In this document: positions 61,066 to 64,000 of the stretch, one piece after another
Layout of the letters: every line of letters begins with the position of its first letter
How positions within the stretch are numbered: the first letter of the stretch is position 1
Origin: Eledone cirrhosa
Lineage: Eukaryota
Reading direction: 5' to 3'
NCBI GenBank assembly: GCA_964016885.1
Contig: OZ024741.1
Location: 322,896,001-322,960,000, forward strand
Length of the DNA stretch: 64,000 nt
Translations under genes and position numbers: made by a program
The notes under the pieces: model-generated
Database searches by the model: none
What the model saw: only the letters and a program-made list of their open reading frames with translations
What the model was told of the DNA's origin: nothing

Positions 61066-62316
61066 CAGGGAAAAATGCGGGCGCATGTAAAGAAATATTC
61101 TTAAATTAATAAACCTAGAAAAGTAAAGGACAAGTTATTACACCTGGAAAAGTAAAGGACAAGAAAACTTCTTCTTAAAACTTCTTAAAATATTGCAGCT
61201 AAAGTCTAAATTTGAAAAAAAATATTTAGATTATAAAACAAAGAATAAATAATTATAAGTTAATTGTTAAAAAAATATCACTTTAAAGGACTGGAAAAAT
61301 GACTGTCTTATAGGGAGAGTTGACTACTGTATACTTAATTTTTTTCTTGGTGTATACAAATTAATCTTTTTAAAATAAAATTTGTACAATAATTTGTACA
61401 ATAATTTGTACAATAATTTGTACAATAATTAATTAATAATAATAATAATTAATATGTACAATTTATTAATTTATGTTATAAGATATTTAAAAATTTTCAC
61501 TCTTAATCAAATTATATTTTTAAAAATTTAGTTATAAAATAATGCAGTAAAATAAATCAAAAACAGTGCATCATATAATTGCACTTTTTATGAGTATTAC
61601 AGATTTTTTTATAATATAGTAAAATTCAACATCTCAAGGGGCAAAATTAGGTAAAAGTCAATTCATCAATTATTCATTTATAGTGAATCAATCAATTATA
61701 GTGAATTCATCAATTCATTAGATGAACTGTTGAATTAGACAATGTTTAATTTTTAATTGTAGTCTAATTTTACTCTACCTAAAAATGTAGATTGGTTATT
61801 TTGATCTCTGACAGGTCTTAAATTTCATTATTAAACAATTATAATTTGTTATTATTTATCATTACTGTTGGCCCCCTAATTAATTATTAATTAATTGTTA
61901 GTGTCATTTACACGCCAAAATTTTGTTTTATTTGATGTTTATAATTGTCACTCATTTTTTCAGTCCCATTTAGTAAAGTATATTTATTTAATAAAGTATA
62001 TTTATTTAATAAAGTATATTTATTTAATGACCCAACCACTATGGTGTAAATTAGGATCACAAAATTAAATAAATGATCATAAATTAGTATTAATATCAAT
62101 TAGAGAGTCAACTGTATTATTAGAATTTATCACTTTCTATGTATATTTAAATCAAATATTTTTTATTATTCAAATTTATACTATAGCTGCAATATTTTAA
62201 GAAGTTTTAAGAAGTTTTCTTGTCCTTTACTTTTCCAGGTGTAATAACTTGTCCTTTATTTTTCTAGGTTTATTAATTTAAGAATATTTCTTTACATGCG
62301 CCCGCATTTTTCCCTG
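61066..62316. mobile_element. Non-autonomous TIR DNA transposon with ~135-bp TIRs
   Basis: ta|cagggaaaaatgcgggcgcatgtaaag...tattgcagcta mirrored at 62184-62316; TA flanks; AT-rich non-coding interior. Confidence 0.85.
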
Positions 62317-62871
62317 TAATATATATATGTATATGGCAGCTATGTTTAGGTTTTGAAATACTCGTGTATAAAATATATTTATCAAGTTTTAATATTTTGA
62401 TATTGAAAATGTTTTAAGTGTCGTCTAGAATATAGTTTGTTTCACAACTCCATTCCCTAATGTTTTGTTGTTGTTTTTTTTTGTTTTGTTTTGTCATTAC
62501 ATCTGTTTTAAAGTTTCAACAAGTTTCTTGATTTTTTTTTTACTTCCGGCTACTCATATGTTAGGAGTACTTTGAAAGCAAGAGATCCAGTACAAGAACT
62601 AAGCATATGGATTCATAGAGTAGAAGAGGAGGGGAGAGGCGGCAAGTGAGAGAGAGGAAACGCAGAGCGATAAAAAGAGAGGGCGAGAGCGAGGACAATA
62701 AAATCAAATGAGAAGCAACCTTTCAATCTTATGTATGTGTGTACGTGTATATGTATAGGATATTTATGTATTAAAATGTTCTAATTATAAAAATTTGTTA
62801 GAAATATTTTCAAGGAAATGCATAACACCAATGACGATATAAATGTAGGGAAAAGGTGTTTTATTATAAAA

Positions 62872-63743
62872 CTAGGAAAAGAGCCCGTTGTTGCCGGCAC
62901 ACCTTTCGTCACTCTAAATAAATACCTGCCTCTCTCATCAATAGGGCCGCCTTTAAATATCCCCAGAACTCTTCTATTTTAGGCGGGAGAGAGATTTAAA
63001 CTATATGTTGACATGCTGCGGGAGCTAAATAACCTATGTATCAAATTAGAACAAAATCGGATGAAAACTGTGGAAATGCATCGCCTGCATACAGACAGAC
63101 ATTTTCGTTTTTATATACATAGACTAGCAGAAAACCACCCACCGGGTGGTTTTCTGCTAGTATATATATATATTACACACACAGAAATGTATATATATTT
63201 CTGTGTGTATATATATATATATTACACACACAGAAATGTATATGTATTTCTGTGTGTGTATATATATATATATATTACACACACAGAAATGTATATATAT
63301 TTCTGTGTGTATATATATATATATATTACACACACAGAAATGTATATATATTTCTGTGTGTATATATATATATTTCTGTGTGTGTATATATATATATATA
63401 TTACACACACACAGAAATGTATATATGTTTCTGTAGCACTCCTCAATTCCCCCCCCCCCTCTCTCCCTCCCGCTCTCCCCCTCTTGTAGTCTGTCTCTTT
63501 CTTTCACTCTCACTCTCTATCTACGCGTGCGCAAAAAAACATTCGCACGCGCGCACGTGTTTTAGCGTCTATTCACTCCCTCTCTCTCCCTCTCTCCCTC
63601 CCGTTATCCCCCTCTCGTAGTCTTCTCTTTCTTTCACTCTCACTCTCTCTCTACGCGTGCGCAAAAAACATTCGCACGCGCGCACGTGTTTCCACTGTCG
63701 GACAGACAGACAGAGAAATTGCTGGTTATATATTATAAGGAGA
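62872..63743 (-). mobile_element. Two abutting non-autonomous Helitron-like elements (about 62872-63123 and 63124-63743)
   Basis: minus-strand TC starts and CTAG|T ends, (CAGA)n near the 5' ends, perfect hairpin actagcagaaaaccaccc-acc-gggtggttttctgctagt, internal minisatellite. Confidence 0.5.
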
Positions 63744-64000
63744 TTACATATACATATGTAACTATGTATATCATCATCATCATCCCTATTATATATATAT
63801 ATAATATGGGCCGAAGCCGAAAAAAATTTTGTTTGGCAGCTCTAATTGCGCCTTAATTTTATTCAAAAAATTATATACTAACATATTCGAATACCAGGCA
63901 CTATTGGAATCAACAATAGCAGCGTCCTGAGGGTCATTACAAAACATAAATTCGCGAGAATTAGTGTTTAAGGCTTGGAAGGTGGTAAAAAAATCCACAA

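Noticed and set aside
63160-63435. Regularly spaced repeats resembling a CRISPR array
   Set aside because: Minisatellite with no unique spacers, eukaryotic context, no cas genes

Overview
Eukaryotic (animal) genomic DNA, very AT-rich and dominated by (TA)n/(TG)n microsatellites; the SINE families and repeat landscape suggest an octopod cephalopod (inference). Nearly all ORFs in the supplied track are microsatellite artefacts. Host genes: one coding exon of a rhodopsin-class peptide GPCR (+, 4960-5218) and a two-coding-exon nucleoredoxin-like/NXNL thioredoxin-fold gene (-, 40500-40217 joined to 28492-28324, 150 aa, WCPPC). The main signal is a dense population of Penelope-like retroelements (PLEs) and their short derivatives sitting in (TA)n tracts: one copy with an uninterrupted but 5'-truncated RT + GIY-YIG frame (51289-53199), two decayed copies, and many short tandem or palindromic pseudo-LTR pieces. 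By eye these carry about 25 type I hammerhead ribozyme (HHR) motifs from roughly ten unrelated families. They include U3-A8 covariant cores, very long stem II insertions, retrozyme-like tandem units (424, 525, 591 bp) and a recurrent class of palindromes centred exactly on HHR stem II. Also present: tRNA-derived SINEs, Tc1/mariner-type MITEs, non-autonomous Helitron-like elements, CRE-, R4- and Hero-like non-LTR fragments, a tRNA-like sequence and a 200-N assembly gap. All folds and alignments were done by eye; boundaries inside microsatellites are approximate.
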